From: Patescibacteria group bacterium | GTDB lineage: Bacteria; Patescibacteriota; Patescibacteriia; UBA2591; JAQUPP01 | Length of the DNA: 64,000 nucleotides | NCBI GenBank assembly: GCA_028716665.1 | Contig: JAQUPP010000001.1 | Location: 413,046 to 477,045, forward strand | Direction: 5' to 3' | In this document: in pieces, positions 49,287 through 58,969 of the stretch | Position numbering within the stretch: the stretch's first letter is position 1 | How the letters are laid out: each line of letters opens with the position of its first letter | Made by a program: the position numbers and the translations under genes | Notes under the pieces: model-generated | The model's database searches: none | The model's input: the letters and a program-made list of their open reading frames with translations, nothing else | Told to the model about the DNA's origin: nothing

Positions 49287-49379
49287 ATATAATAATGGAT
49301 ATTTTTTTAAAAATGTCTTGACGGAATTGTAAAATTATGATATATTTTAAATAATTAAAAAAAAAGGGGGGGGATTAAA

Positions 49380-49802
49380 ATGAAAGAAAAAGTTCTTTAC
49401 CAAAAAGAATGGGAACAAGTCAAGGAGATTTTAAAAAAAGAACAGGATACACTGAGATTAGCCAAAGAAGATGGCACTTTCTATGCCGTACAAGTTCAAG
49501 AGAACACCCTGGAACAAATATTCAAGGCTCTGCAAGCGGTTAAGTATTCGGATCAACCTGCCAAGATAGATGGGTTAGTAATGAGTTGTAAGTTAGGGCT
49601 TCAGGACTACCTGTGGGAGCTTGAGAAAGTAAAGAAAGATGAAATATCGCGCCGAAGTCTGATTCGTAGTATTTTCAGTATTTTAGAAGTAATGGTTCAA
49701 GAAGAGAAACCGTTCCGGTTGGTGGCAGTGGATTTTCAATGCCGCGTCATTAAATCAATCATAGAATCATTGTTCCCCAATGTGAAGATTAGAATTTTAT
49801 AA
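49380..49802 (+). CDS. Hypothetical protein
   Basis: Own promoter, G-run RBS, terminator. Confidence 0.6.
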   Translation: MKEKVLYQKEWEQVKEILKKEQDTLRLAKEDGTFYAVQVQENTLEQIFKALQAVKYSDQPAKIDGLVMSCKLGLQDYLWELEKVKKDEISRRSLIRSIFSILEVMVQEEKPFRLVAVDFQCRVIKSIIESLFPNVKIRIL

Positions 49803-49906
49803 AAAATAAATGAGGAAAGGCAAAAGCTTTTCCTCATTTTAAATTTATTCAGAGCAAGCTGCTGTATTTTTTCTTTAAATTTGTTATACTAAAAGTATAA
49901 AATATT

Positions 49907-50239
49907 ATGGAAAACAAAAATATAAAAATTAAAGTTCTTGGTTCCGGCTGTCCCAATTGTAAAAGATTGGAAGCTAATGCGCAAAAAGCAGTGGAGGAAT
50001 TAAATTTGGGAGCCGTAATTGAGAAAGTAACTGACATGGATTTAATTATGAGTTATGGGATAATAAGCACTCCGGCTTTGGTAATTAATGAACAAGTGGT
50101 AAGTTATGGCCGTATTCCTGATGTTGCCGAAATTAAAGCGATGTTGGTCAACCCGGAAATAATTAAACCTTTCGATAATAATTCCGCATCAAAAACAGGT
50201 GGTTGCAATTGCGGGTGTAAATGCGGAGGCAAATGTTAA
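49907..50239 (+). CDS. Small thioredoxin-family protein (ArsE/MTH895-like) with Cys-rich tail
   Basis: IKVLGSGCPNC, TPALVIN, tail CNCGCKCGGKC. Confidence 0.85.
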   Translation: MENKNIKIKVLGSGCPNCKRLEANAQKAVEELNLGAVIEKVTDMDLIMSYGIISTPALVINEQVVSYGRIPDVAEIKAMLVNPEIIKPFDNNSASKTGGCNCGCKCGGKC

Positions 50240-50243
50240 TTAT

Positions 50244-51212
50244 ATGAGTATATTTTATCCGATACAATTATTGGCCGATTGGCTAACTTATGATATTTTT
50301 GGCATCACACCGAAAACATTATTGGCCGGAGCGGTTAATTTTTTTATTTTTGATACGATTAAAATTTTTATTTTGCTAACAATAATTATTTTTGTTGTTT
50401 CAATAATCAGATCTTTCTTACCACCTGAAAAAATTCGCAATATTTTATCTCACAAACATAAATTTGTCGGTAATATTTTAGCCGCATTATTCGGTATTAT
50501 CACTCCATTTTGTTCTTGCTCGGCTGTGCCTTTGTTTTTGGGTTTTGTGGAAGCAGGAGTGCCGCTTGGAGTTACTTTTTCTTTTTTAGTGTCATCACCT
50601 ATGATTAACGAGGTTGCTTTAGTTTTATTGCTCGGTATGTTTGGCTGGAAAATCGCCGGTATTTATGTAGTCAGCGGTCTTGCAATTGCCGTTATCTCAG
50701 GTTTAGTGATAAGCAAGCTGCCGGTTGAACATTTACTCGCCGATTTTGTGCGTAAAAATCAGGCCAAAAACAATTTGCAATTGCCGAAAATGAATTGGTC
50801 TCAAAGATGTAATTATGCCAAGAGTTATACTAGGGACATAGTTAAAAAAGTTTGGCTGTATATTTTAATTGGGGTTGGTGTCGGCTCTTGGATCCATGGT
50901 TATGTGCCGGCTGATTTTTTGGCAAAATATGCCGGAGCGGATAAATGGTACGCCGTACCCTTGGCTGTAATTATTGGTATTCCTTTATATTCTAATGCCG
51001 CCGGTGTTATTCCTTTGGTAAGTGCTTTAACCGAAAAAGGCGTGGCCATTGGCACAACACTGGCCTTTATGATGGCTGTAACCGCCTTATCATTGCCTGA
51101 ATTTATGATTTTAAAAAAGGTGATGAAAACAAAATTGATAATTATTTTTGCCTCAATTGTTGGTATGGGTATTATTTTTACCGGGTATTTATTTAATGCT
51201 ATTTTGAAATAA
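50244..51212 (+). CDS. ArsP/DUF318 permease
   Basis: TPFCSCS, SSPMIN, LSLPE motifs. Confidence 0.88.
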   Translation: MSIFYPIQLLADWLTYDIFGITPKTLLAGAVNFFIFDTIKIFILLTIIIFVVSIIRSFLPPEKIRNILSHKHKFVGNILAALFGIITPFCSCSAVPLFLGFVEAGVPLGVTFSFLVSSPMINEVALVLLLGMFGWKIAGIYVVSGLAIAVISGLVISKLPVEHLLADFVRKNQAKNNLQLPKMNWSQRCNYAKSYTRDIVKKVWLYILIGVGVGSWIHGYVPADFLAKYAGADKWYAVPLAVIIGIPLYSNAAGVIPLVSALTEKGVAIGTTLAFMMAVTALSLPEFMILKKVMKTKLIIIFASIVGMGIIFTGYLFNAILK

Positions 51213-51218
51213 TAATTT

Positions 51219-51680
51219 ATGAATAAAAAGATTGTTATTGGATTATTAATTACTTTTGGAATAATAATAGTTTTATGGGTTGTTAGTTTGGGCTCACCTA
51301 AATCAAAAACTGTTTCAGTTATTCAAAATCAACCGCAAAAACAATCAGCTGATAAGGTTGAAGTTTTTCTTTTTCATACAACTCGACGTTGTGCGACTTG
51401 TATTGCGATTGGTCAATTGGCGGGCGAAACGGTTAACGAGTATTTTCAGCCGGAACTTAGAGACGGCAAAATTGAATTTAGAGAGATCAATATTGATTTG
51501 CCGGAAAACAAAGAATTGGCGCAAAAATTTCAGGCCAGTGGTTCATCGTTATTTATTAATGTTATTTCTAATGGAGGAAATAACATTACCGAAGATGTGA
51601 ATGTTTGGCGTTTAACCCAGAATGAAGTTCAATTTAAAAGTTATTTAAAAGACAAAATAAATAATTTCTTGGGAAAATAA
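51219..51680 (+). CDS. ArsF-like thioredoxin-fold protein
   Basis: FHTTRRCATC motif, N-terminal TM. Confidence 0.75.
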   Translation: MNKKIVIGLLITFGIIIVLWVVSLGSPKSKTVSVIQNQPQKQSADKVEVFLFHTTRRCATCIAIGQLAGETVNEYFQPELRDGKIEFREINIDLPENKELAQKFQASGSSLFINVISNGGNNITEDVNVWRLTQNEVQFKSYLKDKINNFLGK

Positions 51681-51681
51681 T

Positions 51682-52380
51682 ATGGATTGGATTAATAGTT
51701 TAATTGATAATTATAATATTCCGCTTTTAACTGCTTTTTTATTGGGCATTCTGACTTCTATCAGCCCTTGCCCATTGGCTACCAATATTACCGCTATTGC
51801 TTACATTTCTCGTGAACTGAAAACCGTCAAAAATACTCTTTTGAATGGTTTATTTTATACCATGGGTCGAGGGATCAGTTATACACTTTTAGGATTACTT
51901 ATATATTTTGGTTTATCATCTTTCCAAATATCAAAAATTTTTCAAGGTTGGGGAGATAAAGTTTTGGGTCCGATTTTGATAATTATCGGCCTTATTATGT
52001 TCGGAATAATTAAGATAAATTTCGTAGGTCAGAATAAAAAAACAGAAAAATTAGAACAGTGGCTTTCCAGTAAAGGTTATTTAGGCTCTCTACTTTTGGG
52101 CGTATTATTTGCTTTGGCTTTTTGTCCATACAGCGGAGTATTGTTTTTTGGCGCGTTAATACCGCTGGTTCTTAAATCAACCGGCGGAATATTTTTGCCT
52201 TTGTTATTTGCTCTTGGCACAGGTTTGCCGGTGATAATTTTTTCTTTTTTTATCGCTTTTGGCGTACAAAAAGTAGCAAAGGCATTTAAAATTGTGCAGA
52301 AAATTGAGAAGATAATGCGTTACAGCGTGGCATCAATATTTATTTTAACCGGGATTTATTATATTATATACAATATTTGA
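51682..52380 (+). CDS. ArsG/CcdA-like membrane protein
   Basis: ISPCPLATNI, AFCPYSG. Confidence 0.8.
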   Translation: MDWINSLIDNYNIPLLTAFLLGILTSISPCPLATNITAIAYISRELKTVKNTLLNGLFYTMGRGISYTLLGLLIYFGLSSFQISKIFQGWGDKVLGPILIIIGLIMFGIIKINFVGQNKKTEKLEQWLSSKGYLGSLLLGVLFALAFCPYSGVLFFGALIPLVLKSTGGIFLPLLFALGTGLPVIIFSFFIAFGVQKVAKAFKIVQKIEKIMRYSVASIFILTGIYYIIYNI

Positions 52381-52395
52381 TTTATAATTTAAATT

Positions 52396-53076
52396 ATGTT
52401 GATTTTAATTTTGTGGATTATCGGAATAACGAGTTTTACGCTATTGGGCAGTTGGTATGTCAAAAAATACAATAAGCCCGATTTGTTAATCGCGCTTTAC
52501 GTGACCTTTATTTTGGTCGCCCAGATATTGGCGGTAAAAATTTCCGCTTTTGATTTGGGATTCAAGACATTTTTTGCGCCAAGCGGAATTCTTGTTTTTT
52601 CCATCACTTATCTTTTGACGGATATCGTGAATGAAAAATTCGGCAGAAGGGAAGTCCAAAAAATGATTTTAATCGCTTTTATTTCTCAGGTGGCGATGGT
52701 GTTTTTCTTTTGGCTGGGAGTGATATTTCCGGCCGCGCCTTTTTGGCAGATGCAAGATGTTTGGAAACAGATATTCGGATTGGTACCGCGGATCGTGGCG
52801 GCAAGCTGGATTGCCTTTTTAATTAGTGAAAATATTGATGCCATTATTTTTTCATATTTTAAAGCAAAAACAAAAGGAAAATATTTGTGGATGAGAAACG
52901 CATTCAGTTCTTTGCCGGCACTCGCCTTGGACTCAATTCTTTTTATAACCATCGCTTTTCTGGGAGTTTCGCCGATTTGGCCGTTAATCTTGGGTCAGAT
53001 CGTAGTTAAATGGCTGGTGGGGTTGGTTAATATACCTTTTATGTATTTCAATAAATGGGTGATGGGAAATAAATAA
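52396..53076 (+). CDS. Queuosine precursor transporter (YhhQ/DUF165)
   Basis: LLTDIVNEKFG, PRIVAAS, LWMRN..S...DS. Confidence 0.88.
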   Translation: MLILILWIIGITSFTLLGSWYVKKYNKPDLLIALYVTFILVAQILAVKISAFDLGFKTFFAPSGILVFSITYLLTDIVNEKFGRREVQKMILIAFISQVAMVFFFWLGVIFPAAPFWQMQDVWKQIFGLVPRIVAASWIAFLISENIDAIIFSYFKAKTKGKYLWMRNAFSSLPALALDSILFITIAFLGVSPIWPLILGQIVVKWLVGLVNIPFMYFNKWVMGNK

Positions 53077-53147
53077 AATATTTTGGATAAAATAAAATAG
53101 GGTTTGATTGTTCTCAATCAAACCCTATTATTTTGAAAAAATTATCA

Positions 53148-53603
53148 TCAGAAGTAAGCGAAAAATCCGCCGAGAATTATCCAAGGAGAATTCTCATAAG
53201 TGTTGTACGGATTTACCAACTTTGATCCTGGTGTATCTCCTGCAAGTCGATGGCCTAGTCCCACTTCAAATTTTAAATGGGCACAGATATCACTGCCACC
53301 ACCAAATGAGGCAAAGACCCCTGTAGGACCACCGTCTATATTGGATTTACCAATACCTCCAAAGAGATAACTGATATTTTTATCAGTTCCAGAATTAATG
53401 AGGTATACCGCCTCCCACCTGTTTTGCCACAGTATTTTGCTGTGATTAGCAGGCTGCGGAAGTCCGCTTAAGGTATATTGGCAACCCCATGGACCGTTTG
53501 TTAATACGATCTTTCCTCCAAGGAAATCCGGCCCCCCCGTTAGTCCACATTGCATATTTAGGTTTAAAGGAGCAGCCACCAACATCATTAAAAATGTAAA
53601 CAT
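53148..53603 (-). CDS. Hypothetical secreted protein
   Basis: GGAGGTG RBS, hydrophobic N-terminus, promoter restored by MITE TSD. Confidence 0.6.
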   Translation of the reverse strand: MFTFLMMLVAAPLNLNMQCGLTGGPDFLGGKIVLTNGPWGCQYTLSGLPQPANHSKILWQNRWEAVYLINSGTDKNISYLFGGIGKSNIDGGPTGVFASFGGGSDICAHLKFEVGLGHRLAGDTPGSKLVNPYNTYENSPWIILGGFFAYF

Positions 53604-53695
53604 ACTTCACCTCCTTCCTTCTTTCTACTTTTTTTGGTTTTTAAATTATCAATTTACTATACATCTAAAATATCACATTTTTCGATTTTTGTCAA

Positions 53696-53837
53696 GCCCC
53701 CCACATGGGGATTATTGTCTTTCTTAAAAATTATGATTTAATAAGGTTGACTAAAATAAATGTTTAATTAAGATAAAATTAGAGTGGATATAAGAAACGA
53801 AAGACAGTAATTTTAATAATCCCTCTATGTGGGGGGC
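53696..53837. mobile_element. TTGA-targeting MITE-like element, family A (minus strand)
   Basis: GCCCCCCACAT / ATGTGGGGGGC, TCAA duplicated at 53692-95 and 53838-41. Confidence 0.85.
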
Positions 53838-53877
53838 TCAAGTGGATAAAAATGTGTTATTATTTTGAATAATCAAT

Positions 53878-54447
53878 ATGAATATAATTTTAGGTTCAGC
53901 TTCAAAATCACGAAAACGAGTCATGGAAAGGGCTGGTTGGAAATTTACCATAATAACCGCTGATATTGACGAAAAGGCGATTCGTTTTGATGACCCCAAA
54001 GATTTGGTGATGGCTCTTGCTAGTGCCAAAGCCGATGCGATTCTGCCGAAAATTAAAGAAAAAGCTTTTTTAATAACCGCGGATCAAGTGGTGGTTTGCA
54101 ATAATGAAATCAGAGAAAAACCCATTGATGAAAAACAAGCCAGAGAATATTTGCGAAGCTATGCTGATTATCCGGCCGAGGCGGTTAACGGAATCGCGAT
54201 TGTGAATACTGAGACAAAAGAGAGAATGGTAAAATTGGAAATATCCAAGATAAAATTCAAACAGATTCCGGAAACAATCATTGATCAATTGATTTCCAAG
54301 GGAGATATTTTTTCACAAGCCGGATCATTTTCCGCGGAAGATCCTTTATTAATTCCGTATATTGATTATATAGAAGGAACATTAGACAGCGTCGAGGGAT
54401 TGCCAATAGAATTAATTGAAGATTTGATCAATAAAATGAATAAATAA
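53878..54447 (+). CDS. maf: Maf family nucleotide pyrophosphatase
   Basis: ILGSASKSR, IDEKAIR, TADQVV, EKP, GLP. Confidence 0.92.
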   Translation: MNIILGSASKSRKRVMERAGWKFTIITADIDEKAIRFDDPKDLVMALASAKADAILPKIKEKAFLITADQVVVCNNEIREKPIDEKQAREYLRSYADYPAEAVNGIAIVNTETKERMVKLEISKIKFKQIPETIIDQLISKGDIFSQAGSFSAEDPLLIPYIDYIEGTLDSVEGLPIELIEDLINKMNK

Positions 54448-54464
54448 ATTATCAATTATAAAGT

Positions 54465-54498
54465 AAAAGAGGCGGAAATTATATCCGCCTCTTTTTTA
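54465..54498. terminator. Bidirectional terminator
   Basis: AAAAGAGGCGGA..TCCGCCTCTTTT. Confidence 0.75.
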
Positions 54499-54501
54499 TT
54501 T

Positions 54502-54948
54502 TTATCTTAATGGCCAGGACTGGGTGATAGATCCGATTGTTGATCTTAATCCTTCTCTGATAAACTCCTGAGACATTATGTGCTCAGAAGTGATAATAGC
54601 AACTATTGTCAGAGAATTCGATTTCGGCGTTAATCCCATCACCAGGGTTTGTTTGTCTTTGATTTTAAAAATCGGACTTCTACTTTTATCAGGATTGTTT
54701 ATTTTTTCGAACCTTTCCTTCAAGATTTCTTCATTTATTTTTTCACTCAGAGATTTAATTTTATATTTGAAATCAACATATACCTTGCGAGGATTGACCA
54801 CGAAAGTAGCTTTCAAATTAAAATTGTTTTTACCGGTTTTTAGTGGAATAGTAGTCCTTATTTCTCCACTATTATAAATGATTTTTCTATCCCTGTAGCC
54901 CAGTTCTTCGAGTGCCTTAAGCAATCGATTGTTGTACTTTTTACTCAT
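54502..54948 (-). CDS. Hypothetical protein
   Basis: AAGGAGG RBS and TTGACA promoter on minus strand. Confidence 0.65.
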   Translation of the reverse strand: MSKKYNNRLLKALEELGYRDRKIIYNSGEIRTTIPLKTGKNNFNLKATFVVNPRKVYVDFKYKIKSLSEKINEEILKERFEKINNPDKSRSPIFKIKDKQTLVMGLTPKSNSLTIVAIITSEHIMSQEFIREGLRSTIGSITQSWPLR

Positions 54949-55125
54949 TTCTCCTCCTTTTTAAGATGCGTTAAACCTTTATGGTTTAAATTTATATATA
55001 TTTAAGCATATCTGTGTTTTTTGTCAAGTCCCTCGCAAGACCCTCTCGTTGAATAATAAATTTAATGGAATTTACCTATTGACTTTTTCTAATTTTTATG
55101 CTATGCTTTTAATAAGGAGGCAACA

Positions 55126-55344
55126 ATGGATGCAATAAATAATGTAGGTCATCAAGGCTATCAGCAAATTGCGACCAATCCCAATAAAGTGATTGAAACT
55201 GACGAAATTGATAAGACAATAAAAGAGATTGAACAAGCCAAAAAGAGACTGGAGACTCAGCCGATAGAACCGATTTCCGCTTGTTCCAGCGCGGATAAAC
55301 CAAAAGAAGAAAAGACGGGAACTAATATTGACTTGTATGGATAA
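55126..55344 (+). CDS. Small hypothetical protein
   Basis: Promoter, AAGGAGG RBS, terminator. Confidence 0.6.
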   Translation: MDAINNVGHQGYQQIATNPNKVIETDEIDKTIKEIEQAKKRLETQPIEPISACSSADKPKEEKTGTNIDLYG

Positions 55345-55478
55345 GAAGGCGTAATAATCGCGCCTTCTTTTTATATTGACAAAATTCAGAAATATGCTAT
55401 TATTAAAACATATAAAGGATATAGTTCATTCAAATAAAAAGAAAAAAGTCTTGCTTATCGGCAGACAGGGAGGAAAAA

Positions 55479-55988
55479 ATGGAAATAAAGAAAGATCGGA
55501 TAATCGCCGGATGCAGTCCTAGCTTTGAGGATACCGACGAAGAAGTTGAAGTAAAGGCAATTTGGGAAATTTTACCGCTTGTTCTTGATATCAATCTTTC
55601 TGAAGATATCAATATTTTGAAAAAAGTAGATATATGGAGTTTGATTATTCATCGCATTTCCGATGATACGAATATTGATTTACCGGTTTTAGAGGTGAAT
55701 AGAGAAGAAGACGAAGAAGTGTTTCTAAGAGATGGAAGATTTTGCGCGTATTCTTTTAAAGATAACAAGCTTTGCACGAATGCGATTTTCAGGAATATTA
55801 AAGATCTTGATATAAAACTTTTTAACGGCAACGAGCACGTATGCGTCTTAATTTTTCCGGAATTGGATCTCGCTCTCGAATATACGAATATTATCATTAT
55901 TCGTTGTCCATGGGGGAAAACTTTCATGGATTTTCCGAATGTTTGCGAATCCATTGAAAAATGGATTAAACAATTTGGTAAGAAATAA
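55479..55988 (+). CDS. Hypothetical protein
   Basis: Promoter, leader hairpin, GGGAGG RBS, terminator. Confidence 0.65.
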   Translation: MEIKKDRIIAGCSPSFEDTDEEVEVKAIWEILPLVLDINLSEDINILKKVDIWSLIIHRISDDTNIDLPVLEVNREEDEEVFLRDGRFCAYSFKDNKLCTNAIFRNIKDLDIKLFNGNEHVCVLIFPELDLALEYTNIIIIRCPWGKTFMDFPNVCESIEKWIKQFGKK

Positions 55989-56048
55989 GCCAATAATAGG
56001 GGGCGACAAAAAGTCGCCCCTTTAACTTATCCCCAAAAAGGGGGTTGA

Positions 56049-56198
56049 CCCCCTCACAAGGAAAACCATTGTCTTCCTTAGAAATTACAGTTTAATAGGC
56101 ATAAAGTTAAAAATAATCATTTAGATAAGATAAAATCATTGTATATATAAAAAAATGAAAGACAGTATACCCTTTATGGTTTTCCACATGTGAGGGGG
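56049..56198. mobile_element. TTGA-targeting MITE-like element, family A, inverted interior
   Basis: CCCCCTCACA / TGTGAGGGGG, TTGA at 56045-48 and 56199-202. Confidence 0.85.
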
Positions 56199-56249
56199 TT
56201 GACAAATTTCAAAAATATGCTATTATATATAACACAATAGTTCTTTACA

Positions 56250-56299
56250 TAGCTAAAGCGATCCGGGCTAGATCTCTCAAAAGATCAAAAATGGATCGC
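56250..56299 (+). ncRNA. Candidate pseudoknot leader RNA, copy 1
   Basis: TAGCT/GGCTA, GCGATCC/GGATCGC, GATCT/AGATC pairings. Confidence 0.5.
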
Positions 56300-56327
56300 A
56301 TAATAGTAGAAAGAAAAAGGGGGAAAA

Positions 56328-56777
56328 ATGAAAAAACTAAACAAAATTTTTGTTGTAGCCGTATTAATGACATTATTTGCCGAAGCGTATGGCGAACCGC
56401 CAACCTTGGAAAACAAGTTTGTACCGGTTCAAAAAACCGTAGTGGTTATGCCGGAAAATCAGGTCAACATATTGTCAGTTAATCCGGCAGAAGAGATAAA
56501 TACGGCAAATGAATTTGTAAAAAGATCTGCAATTATATTGATCGCACAGAACCTTGTGCCACCGGTAAAAAAAGTTCAAGATCAAATTGACTTGGGATTA
56601 CCCAAGATAAAAAATACTGCGATACGCAGCGAAAAGGTTTTTTCAAATTACCAAGTTCTGTCTCTACAAAAAGTAGGGATTGAGAATAATGGAGATACTG
56701 CCGTTTCTCGAGCCAAGAAAGAGCTCGACAAAAGAAACAAAGAAATGGCCAAGCCGATAGAATTGGCTTGCAAATAA
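56328..56777 (+). CDS. Hypothetical secreted protein
   Basis: Signal peptide (AEA-YG), RBS, terminator. Confidence 0.65.
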   Translation: MKKLNKIFVVAVLMTLFAEAYGEPPTLENKFVPVQKTVVVMPENQVNILSVNPAEEINTANEFVKRSAIILIAQNLVPPVKKVQDQIDLGLPKIKNTAIRSEKVFSNYQVLSLQKVGIENNGDTAVSRAKKELDKRNKEMAKPIELACK

Positions 56778-56833
56778 GAATTATTGAGGGCGCGGAAAAA
56801 TCCGCGCCCATTTTTTTATTATTTATTTCTTGA

Positions 56834-56969
56834 CCCCACCACCTTGAAATTATAATGCTCAATTTTATATTTTCTGATTTAAAAATATTTTTTAATCAGA
56901 AAGGTTTAATAAATTATAAATTTAATTTTATACCTCGCATTTTTAAAATATAATTTCTAGGTGGTGGGG
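56834..56969. mobile_element. TTGA-targeting MITE-like element
   Basis: 21-bp TIR CCCCACCACCTTGAAATTATA / TATAATTTCTAGGTGGTGGGG, TTGA at 56830-33 and 56970-73. Confidence 0.87.
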
Positions 56970-57063
56970 TTGACAGATTTTATTTTTTTGTTATAATCAA
57001 AAACAGACTTAAGGGCATGGTACCTTAAAAAAAGTCTGTCTATTGGCAGACAAGGAGGAGAAA

Positions 57064-57468
57064 ATGAGAAATTTTTTGAAGCTGGGAGTGTTGGTTGTCT
57101 TGGGATTTATCTTTTGCAGTATTTTTCTGACCAATCAAGTCAGAGCAGAAGTAAATGTCCCAAATGCAATGACTATAACACAGTCAACCAATATTGATTC
57201 CATAACAAGCCCGAAATGTTGTATTATCGCTGACAGCATAATATTCAATATTACGGAAAAGAAAGTAATTATTAAAAATGGCATCCTTACATATTTTAAT
57301 TCTAAGGATGAAAAAAGCTTGAACATAGTGATGAAAGAGGGTGTTTTTAATTTAGATAACACGTGGAATACGATATACTCGATTAAAAATTTTTCGGATA
57401 TAGAAGTATTTACCGTTATTAACGGTAAATATAAAAAGATTATCGACGATAAGTTAGAAAATTATTAA
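57064..57468 (+). CDS. Hypothetical secreted protein
   Basis: AAGGAGG RBS, signal peptide (VRA-E), terminator. Confidence 0.65.
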   Translation: MRNFLKLGVLVVLGFIFCSIFLTNQVRAEVNVPNAMTITQSTNIDSITSPKCCIIADSIIFNITEKKVIIKNGILTYFNSKDEKSLNIVMKEGVFNLDNTWNTIYSIKNFSDIEVFTVINGKYKKIIDDKLENY

Positions 57469-57742
57469 AAATCAGGCTGAGAGAAAATTCTCTCAGCCTT
57501 TTTGTTTTTAAGTATTGACTGATATTTTGATATCAGTTATCATATACTCTATAGTTTAAAAATTTTAGTTTATGTTTTACAGGCGGAAGAAAAAATTTAT
57601 TTTCATTCAAAGCTCTGATTAATAAAAAAGAGACGGGTTAAAACCCGCCTCTTTTTCTTTTAGGATAATTTAATTAATTTAAAATTTAAAATTATGGAAG
57701 ACTTTATTTTGAAGTACGACACCGCCAAATACACGGAGAGAG

Positions 57743-58567
57743 GTGGTGCCGGTGAACACTCTCCAGCTTTTTATCACCAACCGATGCAACCTTCGTTGCA
57801 AAGGATGTTTCTACGCCCATAAATTAGGCGCCAAGGAAATGAGTTTAAGAGAGTATCAGGATTACATTTTGAAATATTTGCCAGAAATTCAAAAAGTAAT
57901 TCTTTTAGGAGGAGAGCCGACGATGCATAAAAATCTGCCGCAAATGCTTAAGTTTAACAATCAATATGGCCTGAAAACCACGATTTATTCCAATGGTTTT
58001 AATTTAGAGCAATTCAAGGGTAAGAATTTTGATAATGTTCAAATCAGGGTCGGAGTTTACGGATCTTATTCCAGTGAAAAACCGTTGTCTAAAATAGATA
58101 AAATTGATTTGCCAATGACCATTGTTTATATGTTAAGAAAAGACAATATTAATGAATTAATGGAAACGGCCGAAATGGCGGAAAAAAATTTCAATTGCGA
58201 TAATTTTTATATTTCCAGCATCAGAGATATTGCCGTTACCGATGATTTTTGGAAAGATACTCCGGAAACGATTCCTATGGACGAATATGCTGAAATTATT
58301 CAGGAGTTTGTCAATAAATATTCAGGCAATATCAAAAAACTTCATTTGGCGACAAGAGGCGTTGTTGTAACAAAAAAACAGAATTTTATGAAATTTCATA
58401 AATGCCGTTTTGGAAATATTTTCCCCGATAAAGAAAAAATCATTTGCCCTTTTGATATTTCAAAAAAGATTTTAACCAAGGATTTATTATTTAATCAGCG
58501 GAATTGCACTAAGCATCGCAAATGCATTTTGCAAAAAATTGTTTTGGAAAAGGTGCCGGGAAAATAA
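57743..58567 (+). CDS. Radical SAM protein
   Basis: CNLRCKGC (CxxxCxxC), GGEP, C-terminal Cys cluster. Confidence 0.9.
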   Translation: MVPVNTLQLFITNRCNLRCKGCFYAHKLGAKEMSLREYQDYILKYLPEIQKVILLGGEPTMHKNLPQMLKFNNQYGLKTTIYSNGFNLEQFKGKNFDNVQIRVGVYGSYSSEKPLSKIDKIDLPMTIVYMLRKDNINELMETAEMAEKNFNCDNFYISSIRDIAVTDDFWKDTPETIPMDEYAEIIQEFVNKYSGNIKKLHLATRGVVVTKKQNFMKFHKCRFGNIFPDKEKIICPFDISKKILTKDLLFNQRNCTKHRKCILQKIVLEKVPGK

Positions 58568-58651
58568 TCCACAATAAAAGACTTGACAAATTCTGAAAAT
58601 ATGCTATTATTTATTACATAATAAAGGGGGTGGTTTTTATGTATGAAAGCA

Positions 58652-58701
58652 CTGGCTGTGAGCGCTAGCCAGATCCTGAAAATGGATTAAATTTGAGCGC
58701 T
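58652..58701 (+). ncRNA. Candidate pseudoknot leader RNA, copy 2
   Basis: CTGGCT/AGCCAG, AGCGCT/AGCGCT, ATCC/GGAT. Confidence 0.45.
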
Positions 58702-58890
58702 ATCCCTAAAATTGCCAATAAAGGAGGTTAAATGTCCCACACGGGCTTACCGCCTTAAAATAACAAATAGGACTTCAGGCCGAGAGCAATCTCGGCCATT
58801 TTATTTATTATTTTACTCTTGACAATTTTCTAAAATTTGCTATATTTATTCACATAAACCAGGAGGTGATTAAGTAATGGTTCTTTAAAA

Positions 58891-58941
58891 TGGCTTAAGC
58901 GATCCCGGCCAAATCCCGAGGAAGGATTAGAGCGGATTTGC
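58891..58941 (+). ncRNA. Candidate pseudoknot leader RNA, copy 3
   Basis: TGGCT/GGCCA, GCGATCC/GGATTTGC, AATCC/GGATT. Confidence 0.5.
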
Positions 58942-58969
58942 AAATTAAAACAAGAAAAGGAGGTATCAG

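Noticed and set aside
56250-58941. HDV-like ribozyme or fluoride/guanidine-III/preQ1 riboswitch
   Set aside because: No P3/L3 element and none of the conserved ligand-binding nucleotides I know; kept as an unknown motif
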